Positions 18,033 to 27,544 of a stretch of 64,000 nt of DNA are shown here, one piece after another. Each line of letters opens with the position of its first letter. Within the stretch, counting starts at the first letter, position 1. Below the pieces are notes generated by a model. It ran no database searches, was not told the origin of the DNA, and saw nothing but the letters and a program-made list of their open reading frames with translations. Source of the DNA: Rhodothermales bacterium (lineage in GTDB: Bacteria; Bacteroidota; Rhodothermia; Rhodothermales; Bin80); contig OY760427.1 of the NCBI GenBank assembly GCA_963663495.1, positions 62,080-126,079 on the forward strand, written 5' to 3'. The position numbers and the translations under genes are program-made.

Positions 18033-19885
18033 CCTGCAATATTCATGTCGTACCCTGTTCGGGTCTAAAAGTGCTGTTTCGGTACCTGCACGACCGACTG
18101 TGCGTTGTTCATCGTAGGGGCGACCATGAGAGGGGCTGAAAACACCAGTTTAGGCCCTTTTCCCGACACGATAGCGGTCACACCGAGATTTTGGGAATGC
18201 GTCTGTCGGGTAGACACACCTCTGCCTACCTTCTCTTTCCGCATTTCCGCGTTGGGCGCCTGCGGTGTCGGAGCGCAGGCGCAAAGATGACTTAGCTAGC
18301 TCTTCAAGGGAAGCGTGATCCATGTGAGTTGACAATAACGTCGCCAAAATTGCTCCCATGCAGCATCTGCGCTGGCGGCAATGTGCATAACGATGTTGCG
18401 CGCGTGTTGTACGAAGCGGGCCCCACCTTGAGTACACGCTTGCGATAGGTGCTCAGACTCATCTGGGATTCGTCAGGCTCCCGCATGAGGCAGCGCCCCA
18501 CATGCATGAGCTGATACACCAGAAGGTATACCTACTAGCAGGACCTCGTTCTCGGCTCGGATCTCGGCATCCTGCTCCGACTCGTCAGGCTCCCGCACTA
18601 CAGGCCGGCCCTTATAGTGTGTCTTCGGACGGGGAACCGAAGACAGCGCCATGGAGCAGGCCGCATTCAGCTCCCCGAAGTGCTTTTCCGCCTTTCCTCT
18701 CTTCCGGTACAGATTCACAAGCTGCTCTGCCGGATAGGCTTCTGCATCCAGATCGGTGATCAGATAGAAATGCCGCGGGAAAAGCTCTCCCGGCACCGGA
18801 TCAACCACGAGCACCACACGACGCTCTACGGACCAGCACTTTGCACGGTGGCGCAGTTCGTGGTAGCATTCGTCCGACGGCTGATCACCCTCCAAATGAG
18901 GCGCCGCAAGCCCGTCAATCACATCGTTTCCTTTCAGACGCATCACATAGCCGGTACGGTCGTTCTCCAGCTTATCACATAACTCTCCACTGTTGAAGCC
19001 TGCGTCCAATCGGACAATGACCTTGTCGGCCACATGTTCACGCAATGCCAGCCCAATGCGTCGAATGAAACCGTAGCAGTCCTTCACCACATTCTGCGTG
19101 CCCCCTCGCAATTCCGCCCCCAACATATCACCCGACTCTCCGCATATGGCGATAAGGGGCAGAAAGATGGTGCGCTTGTAATACCCGTTCCATTTGCTAC
19201 CCTGCTGCTTGCCATGCGTATCTACCGGTACACCGTCCACATCAAAGACCACCTCGGGGCGGCGCTTTCCGCCACCACGCTGCAGCAGGTGCTCCATGGC
19301 GAATGTCTCTGCAAAAAGGCGCAACTTCTTGAAATTCTTTTTCCCGGCCAACATGCGCACGAAGCGAGACATGGTTGGCTGGGATGCCAGGGACCTATCG
19401 TCCTGTAAAGCCTCCATACCCCTTTTTGGAAGAAGTAGCCACGCGCATGGCGGGGTCCCTTTGAAGCTTGTCCGCATCTGACTGACGTCCCCACCCCTGC
19501 ACATGTTGCAGCAGGTACTGTCGCACTAACTCCTCAAGGCTACGCGTAATCCGAGCTTGGGACCGATTGTCCTTAAGCACGGAAGCGAGTCGGCATGCCA
19601 AGGTGCTGATCACCATGAGCAGGCGCATAGGAATGACGCCGGCATCCGATGTTAGATTATCGGTCTTGGAGCGTACAACTTTAGCGGATTTATTGAACTG
19701 GCAAGCGAACAGAAGGTTGGATTTGGGATCTTGCATCGGGTGTGTTACAGGGTGAACGGGTATTGGGGTCTCTAAACGTTTGAGTATCGCGCAAGAGTCC
19801 ATTCAACCCGTGTATAGTCAACATATTACGCCATAATATTAAACGACGATTCTCCACCACTTAACTCCCTTATGAATAAGGGAGG
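18033..19885 (-). mobile_element. IS1380-family element, copy A (1853 bp, decayed), TSD TTTAG
   Basis: Ends CCTGCAATATTCATG... and ...TCATGAATAAGGGAGG. TTTAG is present at both 18028-18032 and 19886-19890. Confidence 0.85.
18304..19802 (-). pseudogene. IS1380-family transposase, multiple frameshifts
   Basis: Three ORF pieces (19395..19802, 18473..19504, 18304..18519) are collinear with the intact 501-aa copy at 45394. Confidence 0.85.
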
Positions 19886-19975
19886 TTTAGACTCACATGG
19901 TCGACTACATGAATATTTAAGGAATATTGCAGGTTAGCCCTTTGAATCGTACCTTGGGCTACACGGAGGCAGGAT

Positions 19976-22900
19976 ATGAAGTTGATAGTTCTGGCATCCG
20001 TCGGAGTGATATCCAAAGGCGGGTTTGATTGTCGGACCGTGCATGTCGTCTTGAGATGTGTGGTGATGCAATTGGGTCTGCTGAGTGCTCTCGGAATAAT
20101 TCAGTCCGTGCAGGGCCAGGATGCGGCGGAATCGCGATTTGCTGCTCCGGCTAATGAGATTGAGATAAGCACCGGATCTGGACCAGAAGAAGTAGCGCCG
20201 CGGATCCTATCGTCCCAAATGGTGAGCATTGAAGCTTCACCACAGGTCCGTGAATGCCCATCGGTGCCCGGTCCAATTTGGAGAGAAGTAAGAGAGGGGA
20301 CCACTTGCTCAATCCACTACTCTTGCGGAGGTAGTAGGTATGGGCCATACGTGTATATGCATCATGTTGACGGTACGGCTGAGCGAGGGAAAGATGTGTT
20401 GGTGACTGGGCCAGATAGTCTCCTTCTTAGGGTGGTGAATGGATTTAGGAGAGCTTTTATTGATGATACATACGAAGCCCTCTCGGATGGTATACCTGAA
20501 GGAGATGAGGAATTAAGGTGCTACTGCGGCAAAGACCGAGACGGACCGGTAGAGGGTGAAAGGGGCTCCCCAGTTCGTATACTGGATGTTGACGGGTGGA
20601 CTGTGAGGGATACGATGGCCATGGAAGCGGATGGCTTTATGCCATTCTTATTGGAGTTCCAGCAACCGGTCGCTCGAGACCTTACTATCAAATTCTATAC
20701 GGAGGATGGTACGGCAATAAAGGGGACTGACTATACCAAATGGCAGGGACTCGTTACAGTTAAGCAGGGCGATATGAGCGCTGATATCCGGGTACCAATT
20801 CTCGGTGATCAAATTCCCGAAGACACAGAGACATTTAACCTGATTACACATTCAGGCCAGTTTGCAGGCATTCCGAAGCAAAAGGCCATTGGCACTATTG
20901 TTGAGCCTCATCTTGTACTGGATCCATCTCCACTGACTGTGAAAGAAGGGGGCCAAGCAACGTACACCGTAGCCTTGGGAACGCAGCCCATCGGTGATGT
21001 AACAGTGGTGATAACGGGGTACGCAGGGACGGACCTGATACTCGGCAAGACGAGTCTAACATTTACGGCTGTGGATTGGAACAACCCGCAAACCGTGGAT
21101 ATGACGGCCCTTCAGGATGCCGACGCGGTCAATGACACAGAGACGCTCATCCACACCGCTTCGGGCGCAGCGGACTATGCCGGTGTGAAGCGAGACCTAA
21201 GGGTGACGGTAACGGACTTTCAAGTAAGGCTGCAAGTTGCACCCCTCCTGCTGGATTTGGAGGAAGGGGGGTCCGGCAAGGACTTTACAGTTAAGCTTGG
21301 ATCGGCTCCTGTGGGGGAAGATGTGACGGTTGCGGTAAGTATTCCACCATGGCTGGCCGGAAAGGTGTCGTTGTCTGACGATAACTTGACCTTCACATCT
21401 ACCGACTGGGACGAAACCCAGTCGGTAAACGTGACGGCGGAGGAGGATGCGGATGGAATAGACGAAGTAGGGACATTAGGTCTGCTGGCAAGCGGAGGCG
21501 GGTATGATGGCCGGACGGGTAATGTGGATGTTATCGTAGCTGACGATGAGATAGTGCAATTGGTAATAGTTCCGACGAGGTTAAGCTTGGAGGAAGGGGG
21601 GTCCGGCAAGGTCTTTACAGTTAAGCTGGGCTCGCCCGCTGTGGGGGAAGATGTGATGGTTGCAGTAAGTATTCCACCAGGGCTGGCCGGAAAGGTGTCG
21701 TTATCTGACGACAACTTGACCTTTACATCTACCGACTGGGACGAAACTCAGTCGGTAACCGTGACGGGGGAGGACGATGGGGATGCAGACGACGAAGTAG
21801 GGATATTAGGTTTGCTGGCAAGCGGAGGCGGGTATGATGGTCAGACGGGTAATGTGGTTGTTACCGTGGATGACGATGAGATAGTGCAATTGGTAGTAGT
21901 TCCGACGAGGTTAAGCTTGGAGGAAGGGGGGTCCGGCAAGGAGTTTAGAGTAAAGCTGGTCTCATATCCTCCTGCGGGGGAAGATGTGACGGTGGCGGTG
22001 AGTATTCCACCAGGGCTGGCCGGAAAGGTGTCGTTATCTGATGACAACTTGACCTTCACATTTGCCGACTGGTACAAAAACCAGTCGGTAACCGTGACGG
22101 GGGAGGACGATGGGGATGCAGACGACGAAGCAGGGACATTAGGTCTGTTGGCAAGTGGAGGCGGGTATAATAGCCCGAAGTATCGCGTAGCTGTTACTGT
22201 TGACGACGACGAGACTGTGCAATTGGTTGTAGCTCCGTTGACGGTGAGCTTGGTGGAAGGGGGTTCCGGAAAGGAGTTTAAAGTAAAGCTGGGATCATCT
22301 CCTCCTGTGGGGGAAGATGTGATGGTTACTGTGAGCATTCCACCAGAACTGGCCGGAAAGGTGTCGTTATCCGTGCCACACTTGAACTTCACATCTTCCA
22401 ATTGGAGCACCGATCAATTAGTAAGCGTGACGGTGGAGGACGATGCGGATGCCGGCCACGAAACAGGGACTTTAGGACTTGCGGCAAGTGGAGGCGGGTA
22501 TGATGGTATCAATGGGAGAGTGTCAGTGGATGTAACAGACGACGACACGCCGGGGTTACGTATTGAGCCGATAGCTTTAACCGTGGTTGAAGGGGCGTCG
22601 CGCGTGTACCGCGTAGCACTGGAGACAGAACCGACCGGTACAGTGACGGTGACTATTGTAAGCGACAACAGTGACGTAACGATGGTCGCTACTCCGCTGA
22701 CATTCACTTCTGGTGATTGGGATACGGAACAGACGGTAATGGTGCGTGCGGCGGAAGACGCAGACACGGATGACGACAGTGCCACGCTTATGCACACTGC
22801 ATCGGGAGGAGATTATGATTCACTGACAGGGGCTGTAACGGTGGAGGTGGAGGACAATGGTTCGTCTGTAGGGTTGGTGGTATCGCCCACCAACCTGTCA

Positions 22901-25900
22901 GTAACAGAGGGGACGGAAGAGCATTTTACGGTACAGTTACCCGCGGAGCCCACGCAGACAGTGGATGTGCGGATCACGGGAGATACTGGAACGGATGTAA
23001 TGGTGAACCCGAGGACGCTCCGGTACACGCCAGAGGACTGGAGCACGCCTGTTACGGTGAGAGTCCGTGCGGAAGAGGACGACGATGTCATGGACGCAAG
23101 TGTACAGCTCATCCTTACAGCATCTGGGGGTGAGTATGGCGGTGAGACAGAGGAAGTGGTGGTAGACGTACGAGACAATGACATACCAGGGATTGTGCTA
23201 TCCGATACAGAGCTCGAGATTGTTGAAGGGGACGCAGAGTCTTATACAGTGCGGCTAATGGCGGAGCCATCGGGCACGGTAATCGTGACAATCGCGAGTG
23301 ATAATCCCGAGGTTACGGTTAGTGATGCGTCGCTGACGTTCACGGCCGATGATTGGTATACCCCGCAGGCGGTAACGGTGCTGGCGCATGAGGACGACGA
23401 TCAGGACAATGACGATGCTACGCTTGTGCACCGGGCGTCGGGCTCAGATTACGATGGTGTGGAGGAGGAATTAACGGTGATGGTGCTGGACGACGACGAG
23501 GCGGGGCTGGTAGTAAGGCCGCAGGCATTGTCGCTGGACGAGGGAGCAGCAGGCAAAACCTTTACGGTATCGCTTGCGACTCCACCTTCGGGCCAGGTCA
23601 CCGTAACCCTCAGTCAAGAGTTCGCCCTGGATGGCAAGGTATCGGTCAGTTCTCTTGGCTTGACTTTCACGCCTGCGGACTGGGATACGGACCAGACGGT
23701 CATGGTGACAGCACTGGACGATGCGGATGGTAGTGACGAAGCTGGATTGGTACAGTTGTCGGCGAGCGGTGGTGGCTACGGAGGAAAATCAGGAGCTGTA
23801 AAGGTGAAGGTTACAGATGCTGATGCACCACACAGCATTGATATAGAACCTTCGTCGGTCCAGGTGTCTGAAGGTGCAGGGCCGGCGCGATTCAAGGTGA
23901 GGCTTAACAGGCAGAGTGAGACGGCTGTCACGGTGCGTTACACAACGCACGATGAGTCGGCCCATGCCGGGCTTGACTATCTGGTGCCGGTAACAAACAT
24001 GCTCGCCTTTGAGACAGGCGGCAACTTGGATAAGTGGATAGATGTACCGATTCTTGACGACGCGTTGCACGAGGGAGAGGAGACTTTTACGCTGGTACTG
24101 ACGGACGCACAGGGAGCGGAGCTGGGTAACGCGACGGGCCGTGCCACGATCACGGACAACGATGCTGCGCCCACTGTCAGCATGGTGCCTGCGGCGTATG
24201 TGCGGGAAGGGGGTATAGCAAATGTCTACGTCAGTCTAAGTAACGCCAGCGCGACTCCTACCGGGGTCTTGTACAGCACAAGTGATGTGACGGCGACAGC
24301 GGGAGATGACTACGAGGCGGTGAGCGCCGGGTCGGTAACGATTGAGCATGGTGAGATGGGAGCGGTAATACAAGTTCCAACCGAAGACGACGCACTGCAC
24401 GAGGGCAGGGAGGCGTTCCTAGTGCAACTTGATGGTGGCGGCCAGACCACGGTGACGATACTGGATAATGATCGTTTGCCACAGCTCTCCATAGGCGATA
24501 TGACGGTATCAGAGGATGGAGGGCACGCGCAGCTTGCAGTGTCGCTAAGTGATACGAGCCCGGTACGTGTAGGGGTGGCATTTGCCACCCAGGACGGTAC
24601 GGCAAAAGCGGGGGCAGATTACACGCGCACGATGGGCACGCTGGTCTTTGCACCGGGCGAGATGGTGAGGCATATATGGGTACCGGTAGCGCGTGATGAT
24701 GTGGTGGAGGATGAAGAGGAATTGGTAGTAAAGCTGAGCGCTCCGGAGCATGCCATGCTGTTGGATGCGGAGGGGGATGTGACGATTAAGGATGATCCGA
24801 TAGAGGTCAGTATCTATGACGGTACAGAGACAGAGAATTCGGATGAGCTGGTGATGGCCGTGCGGCTGAATTATGGTAGTACCAAGGTGGTATCGGTGCA
24901 GTTTGCGGTGACAGGAGGCACGGCAACATCGGATGTGGACTACGAGGCGACGCAAGGGCTGGTGGTATTCGAGACGGGCAGTACGGAGGCGCAAGTAAGG
25001 ATACCGCTGATAGACGACGACGTGCAGGAAGGAGACGAGACGATAGAGGTGACGCTGTCGAATCCGACGAATGCGCAAATCGGGCAGGCGATGGCCACGG
25101 GCACGATCGTGGATGATGAGACTGCGCCGGGAGTGCAGGTGCGAGCCATTGCGGTGTCGCAGACCGAGGCGCTGTTTGTGGTGAGACTACTGGCACCCGT
25201 GGCAGATCGGCTGACGGGCCGTTACCGTACGGTAGACGGCACGGCATGGGCGGGAGAGGACTACGAGCGCATGGAGGGGGTACTGGAGTTTGGGCCTGGG
25301 GAGACAAGAAAAGAGGTACGCGTGCCCTTACTGCGCGCGCAAGGTACCGGGGAGGCGTTTGCGCTGATGGTGGAGTTAGGGGATGAGACAGTCCGAGAGG
25401 ATGTGGTGTTGGGATCGAAGGATACGGGAAACCGTGCGCGATTAGGCAGGAGTGTGGCGGTGCATATAGTGGAGGCGGTATCGGAGCGTATGGAGGGATC
25501 ATTGGTGGGTTGTATGCCGAGGCCGTTTCCCGGTCAGCGGGTACGGGTGTCGCATCTTTTGTCGGGCTGTGGTATGCAGGCAGGCGGAGAGCGGCTGAGT
25601 GTATGGGGTCGTGGTGCGTACAGCAGGTTGCAGAGCGGCGGGGTATCGGGAGCGGATGTGGTGACGGCGTCATTGGGGGCGGACTACCGCACGGGAGGTC
25701 GCTGGCTGATGGGGATGGTGATATCACGCAGCGAGGCATTGGAGCAGGAAGGGACGCTACTACAGATGACGGGCTGGTATCCGTATGTGCGCTACGGGGG
25801 GATGCGGCACAGTGTGTGGGGGTTGGCAGGAGCAGGACAGGGAGTAGTAGCGGAAGCAGAGGATACGGGAATGCGCATGATGGCAGCAGGCGTGGGCGGC

Positions 25901-26554
25901 ACGCTGGTACGCCGGGCGGGCGCGCGGCTGGGGTACGAGGCGGACGGATTCTGGCTGGGGATGAATGGCGGAATAGGGGTGAGCCGAGTTCGCGCGGGTC
26001 TGGAGGGATCGGTGACGTTGCAGGACATCTTGGAGCCGTATGTGGAGGCGGCGGTTTTGCACAGCGGCGGGGATGCGGAGAGAGGAATGGGAATGGAGGC
26101 AGGCGGAGGGGTACGGGTGCGGATGGGGATGTTGCATGCGGAGGTGATGTCAAGACGTTTGGTGTTGCATCAGGAGGATGGCTACGGGGAGTGGGGATAT
26201 TCGGGCATGGTCCGCTATGGCGGAATGGAGGGATTGGGAGCGCAGGTGCGACCGACCTGGGGTCGAACGCACGTGGGGACGCTGTGGCAGGCGGAGCGTC
26301 CGTGGGAGGTGTATCCGTCGGATCGTCGGATGGAGTTGGAGGTGGGGTACGGTTCGCGTGTTCACAGGCGCAGTGTGCTGCGGCCGCATGTGGGTATGGG
26401 GCTGCGTGACAGAGGCAGGGACTACCGCATAGGAGCGGGCGTGCAGGGGCGCACGGGGTTAGGATTTAGCGTGAGCGGATTGGCGATGGAGCACATGGCA
26501 CCATACCGACCGGTGAGCTACGGCGTGACTGTGAGTGGTTACGCGCGCTGGTGA
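19976..26554 (+). CDS. giant surface protein: Calx-beta and Calx-beta-like repeats with a C-terminal autotransporter-like beta-barrel
   Basis: 2192 aa. Repeated DY..V.G.L.F.PGE....I.VPI.DD...E..E.F Calx-beta signatures. About 12 repeats of about 108 aa. The C-terminal 330 aa (GERLSVWGRGAYSRL...GADYRTGGRWLMGMVISRSEA...VTVSGYARW) is barrel-like and ends in an aromatic residue. Confidence 0.88.
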   Translation: MKLIVLASVGVISKGGFDCRTVHVVLRCVVMQLGLLSALGIIQSVQGQDAAESRFAAPANEIEISTGSGPEEVAPRILSSQMVSIEASPQVRECPSVPGPIWREVREGTTCSIHYSCGGSRYGPYVYMHHVDGTAERGKDVLVTGPDSLLLRVVNGFRRAFIDDTYEALSDGIPEGDEELRCYCGKDRDGPVEGERGSPVRILDVDGWTVRDTMAMEADGFMPFLLEFQQPVARDLTIKFYTEDGTAIKGTDYTKWQGLVTVKQGDMSADIRVPILGDQIPEDTETFNLITHSGQFAGIPKQKAIGTIVEPHLVLDPSPLTVKEGGQATYTVALGTQPIGDVTVVITGYAGTDLILGKTSLTFTAVDWNNPQTVDMTALQDADAVNDTETLIHTASGAADYAGVKRDLRVTVTDFQVRLQVAPLLLDLEEGGSGKDFTVKLGSAPVGEDVTVAVSIPPWLAGKVSLSDDNLTFTSTDWDETQSVNVTAEEDADGIDEVGTLGLLASGGGYDGRTGNVDVIVADDEIVQLVIVPTRLSLEEGGSGKVFTVKLGSPAVGEDVMVAVSIPPGLAGKVSLSDDNLTFTSTDWDETQSVTVTGEDDGDADDEVGILGLLASGGGYDGQTGNVVVTVDDDEIVQLVVVPTRLSLEEGGSGKEFRVKLVSYPPAGEDVTVAVSIPPGLAGKVSLSDDNLTFTFADWYKNQSVTVTGEDDGDADDEAGTLGLLASGGGYNSPKYRVAVTVDDDETVQLVVAPLTVSLVEGGSGKEFKVKLGSSPPVGEDVMVTVSIPPELAGKVSLSVPHLNFTSSNWSTDQLVSVTVEDDADAGHETGTLGLAASGGGYDGINGRVSVDVTDDDTPGLRIEPIALTVVEGASRVYRVALETEPTGTVTVTIVSDNSDVTMVATPLTFTSGDWDTEQTVMVRAAEDADTDDDSATLMHTASGGDYDSLTGAVTVEVEDNGSSVGLVVSPTNLSVTEGTEEHFTVQLPAEPTQTVDVRITGDTGTDVMVNPRTLRYTPEDWSTPVTVRVRAEEDDDVMDASVQLILTASGGEYGGETEEVVVDVRDNDIPGIVLSDTELEIVEGDAESYTVRLMAEPSGTVIVTIASDNPEVTVSDASLTFTADDWYTPQAVTVLAHEDDDQDNDDATLVHRASGSDYDGVEEELTVMVLDDDEAGLVVRPQALSLDEGAAGKTFTVSLATPPSGQVTVTLSQEFALDGKVSVSSLGLTFTPADWDTDQTVMVTALDDADGSDEAGLVQLSASGGGYGGKSGAVKVKVTDADAPHSIDIEPSSVQVSEGAGPARFKVRLNRQSETAVTVRYTTHDESAHAGLDYLVPVTNMLAFETGGNLDKWIDVPILDDALHEGEETFTLVLTDAQGAELGNATGRATITDNDAAPTVSMVPAAYVREGGIANVYVSLSNASATPTGVLYSTSDVTATAGDDYEAVSAGSVTIEHGEMGAVIQVPTEDDALHEGREAFLVQLDGGGQTTVTILDNDRLPQLSIGDMTVSEDGGHAQLAVSLSDTSPVRVGVAFATQDGTAKAGADYTRTMGTLVFAPGEMVRHIWVPVARDDVVEDEEELVVKLSAPEHAMLLDAEGDVTIKDDPIEVSIYDGTETENSDELVMAVRLNYGSTKVVSVQFAVTGGTATSDVDYEATQGLVVFETGSTEAQVRIPLIDDDVQEGDETIEVTLSNPTNAQIGQAMATGTIVDDETAPGVQVRAIAVSQTEALFVVRLLAPVADRLTGRYRTVDGTAWAGEDYERMEGVLEFGPGETRKEVRVPLLRAQGTGEAFALMVELGDETVREDVVLGSKDTGNRARLGRSVAVHIVEAVSERMEGSLVGCMPRPFPGQRVRVSHLLSGCGMQAGGERLSVWGRGAYSRLQSGGVSGADVVTASLGADYRTGGRWLMGMVISRSEALEQEGTLLQMTGWYPYVRYGGMRHSVWGLAGAGQGVVAEAEDTGMRMMAAGVGGTLVRRAGARLGYEADGFWLGMNGGIGVSRVRAGLEGSVTLQDILEPYVEAAVLHSGGDAERGMGMEAGGGVRVRMGMLHAEVMSRRLVLHQEDGYGEWGYSGMVRYGGMEGLGAQVRPTWGRTHVGTLWQAERPWEVYPSDRRMELEVGYGSRVHRRSVLRPHVGMGLRDRGRDYRIGAGVQGRTGLGFSVSGLAMEHMAPYRPVSYGVTVSGYARW
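21220..22540 (+). repeat. four near-identical 324-nt (108-aa) in-frame tandem repeats inside the giant gene
   Basis: GATGAGATAGTGCAATTGGTA.TAGTTCCGACGAGGTTAAGCTTGGAGGAAGGGGGGTCCGGCAAGG recurs at about 21547 and 21871. Related units start at about 21220 and 22200. Confidence 0.85.
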
Positions 26555-26598
26555 GTGCTGGGCGATATGCCACACTAAAGGGGATGATGTCCGGGTAA

Positions 26599-27178
26599 CC
26601 TGCAATATTCATGTCGTCGCTTGTTTGGATCCAAAAGCGCTGTTTCGATACCTGCACGACCGATCGTGTGTTGTTCATGCGTAGGGACAGCCAGGAGAGG
26701 GGCTGGAGACGCCAGTTTAGGCCCTTTTCCCGACACGAGAGCGGTCATACTCGAGAGTTTGGTAAAACTTCTGTCGAGCAGACAAACCTCTGCCTACCTT
26801 CTTTTTCCGCGTTGGGCGCCTGCGGTGTCTGAGCGCAGGCACAAAGATGAATTGGTTAGCTCTTCAAGGGGAAGCGTGATCCATGTGAGTTGGCAATAAT
26901 GTCGCCAAAATCGCTTCCATGCAGCATATGATCACCCTCCAAATCAGGCCCCGCAAGCCCGTCAATCACATCGTTTCCTTTCGGACGCATCACATAACTC
27001 TCCACTGTTGAAGCCGGCGTCCATTTGGATAATGATCTTGTCAGCCAAATGTTCACGCGATGCCAGCACAATGCGTCGAATGAAACCATAGTGTTGTTCA
27101 CCAGGCACGGAGTGCCCCTCCCAATTCCGCCCCCAACATGTTGACCGTATCACCGCATATGGCGATAAGGGGCAGGAA
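26599..27178 (-). mobile_element. IS1380-family remnant D (3' tail kept, coding region mostly deleted)
   Basis: It starts with CCTGCAATATTCATG and is collinear with copy A, with large internal deletions. Homology ends near GGCGATAAGGGGCAG. Confidence 0.75.
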
Positions 27179-27296
27179 GGAGGTCGGAGCTTTGATGCGG
27201 AGCAGCGAAGCTCCGACCCCTTTCTGAACACAATTGTAACTGTCGTTCAGAGAAACAGTAGTTAACGTTGTTCAGCTTCCCTAGGCGCTGCACTGC

Positions 27297-27515
27297 CTAT
27301 CTCCACGAAGCCTCGGCTGTCCTCGGCTGCAGCCTCTGGCGATACTTCCGCCTCCAGTAATTCAACTGTCTGTACGAGATGCCGTGCTCTGTACAAAACG
27401 CTGCTGCGGACTGTGTCCTTTCGTTGTACTGCTCTACCAGCGGAAACATCTCTACCGCCGTACGTTTGGGCTGTACTATGCGATCTGGGGTTTGGACTCT
27501 CATGTCTACGGGCAA
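27297..27515 (-). CDS. IS-associated helix-turn-helix protein (IS66/IS3 orfA-like), orphan
   Basis: MFPLVEQYNERTQSAAAFCTEHGISYRQLNYWRRKYRQ resembles the small HTH accessory ORFs of IS66-type elements. No cognate transposase follows it. Confidence 0.45.
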   Translation of the reverse strand: MPVDMRVQTPDRIVQPKRTAVEMFPLVEQYNERTQSAAAFCTEHGISYRQLNYWRRKYRQRLQPRTAEASWR

Positions 27516-27544
27516 GCTCCCCAGAACCCATCACCTAATCAAGA

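Noticed and set aside
18304-19802. Programmed ribosomal frameshifting to explain the split transposase ORFs in IS1380 copies A and C.
   Set aside because: Copy B encodes the same protein in one uninterrupted 501-codon frame. The break in copy C is a 4-nt deletion, and copy A has several unrelated disruptions. These are decay mutations.
21220-22540. Regularly spaced direct repeats that might be mistaken for a CRISPR array or satellite. A smaller 51-nt repeat lies at 48440-48600.
   Set aside because: The repeat period is 324 nt with no short unique spacers. The repeats are in frame within a long ORF and encode a protein domain. The 51-nt repeats encode the 17-aa FGEWKGAV motif.
24807-26153. 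448-aa Pro-rich ORF, plus several other long ORFs, antisense to the 3' part of the giant surface-protein gene.
   Set aside because: These are artefacts of the extremely G-rich coding strand, where Gly/Arg/Val codons read as Pro/Ala/Thr on the antisense strand. They have low complexity and no start context. The sense strand has clear Calx-beta and barrel homology.
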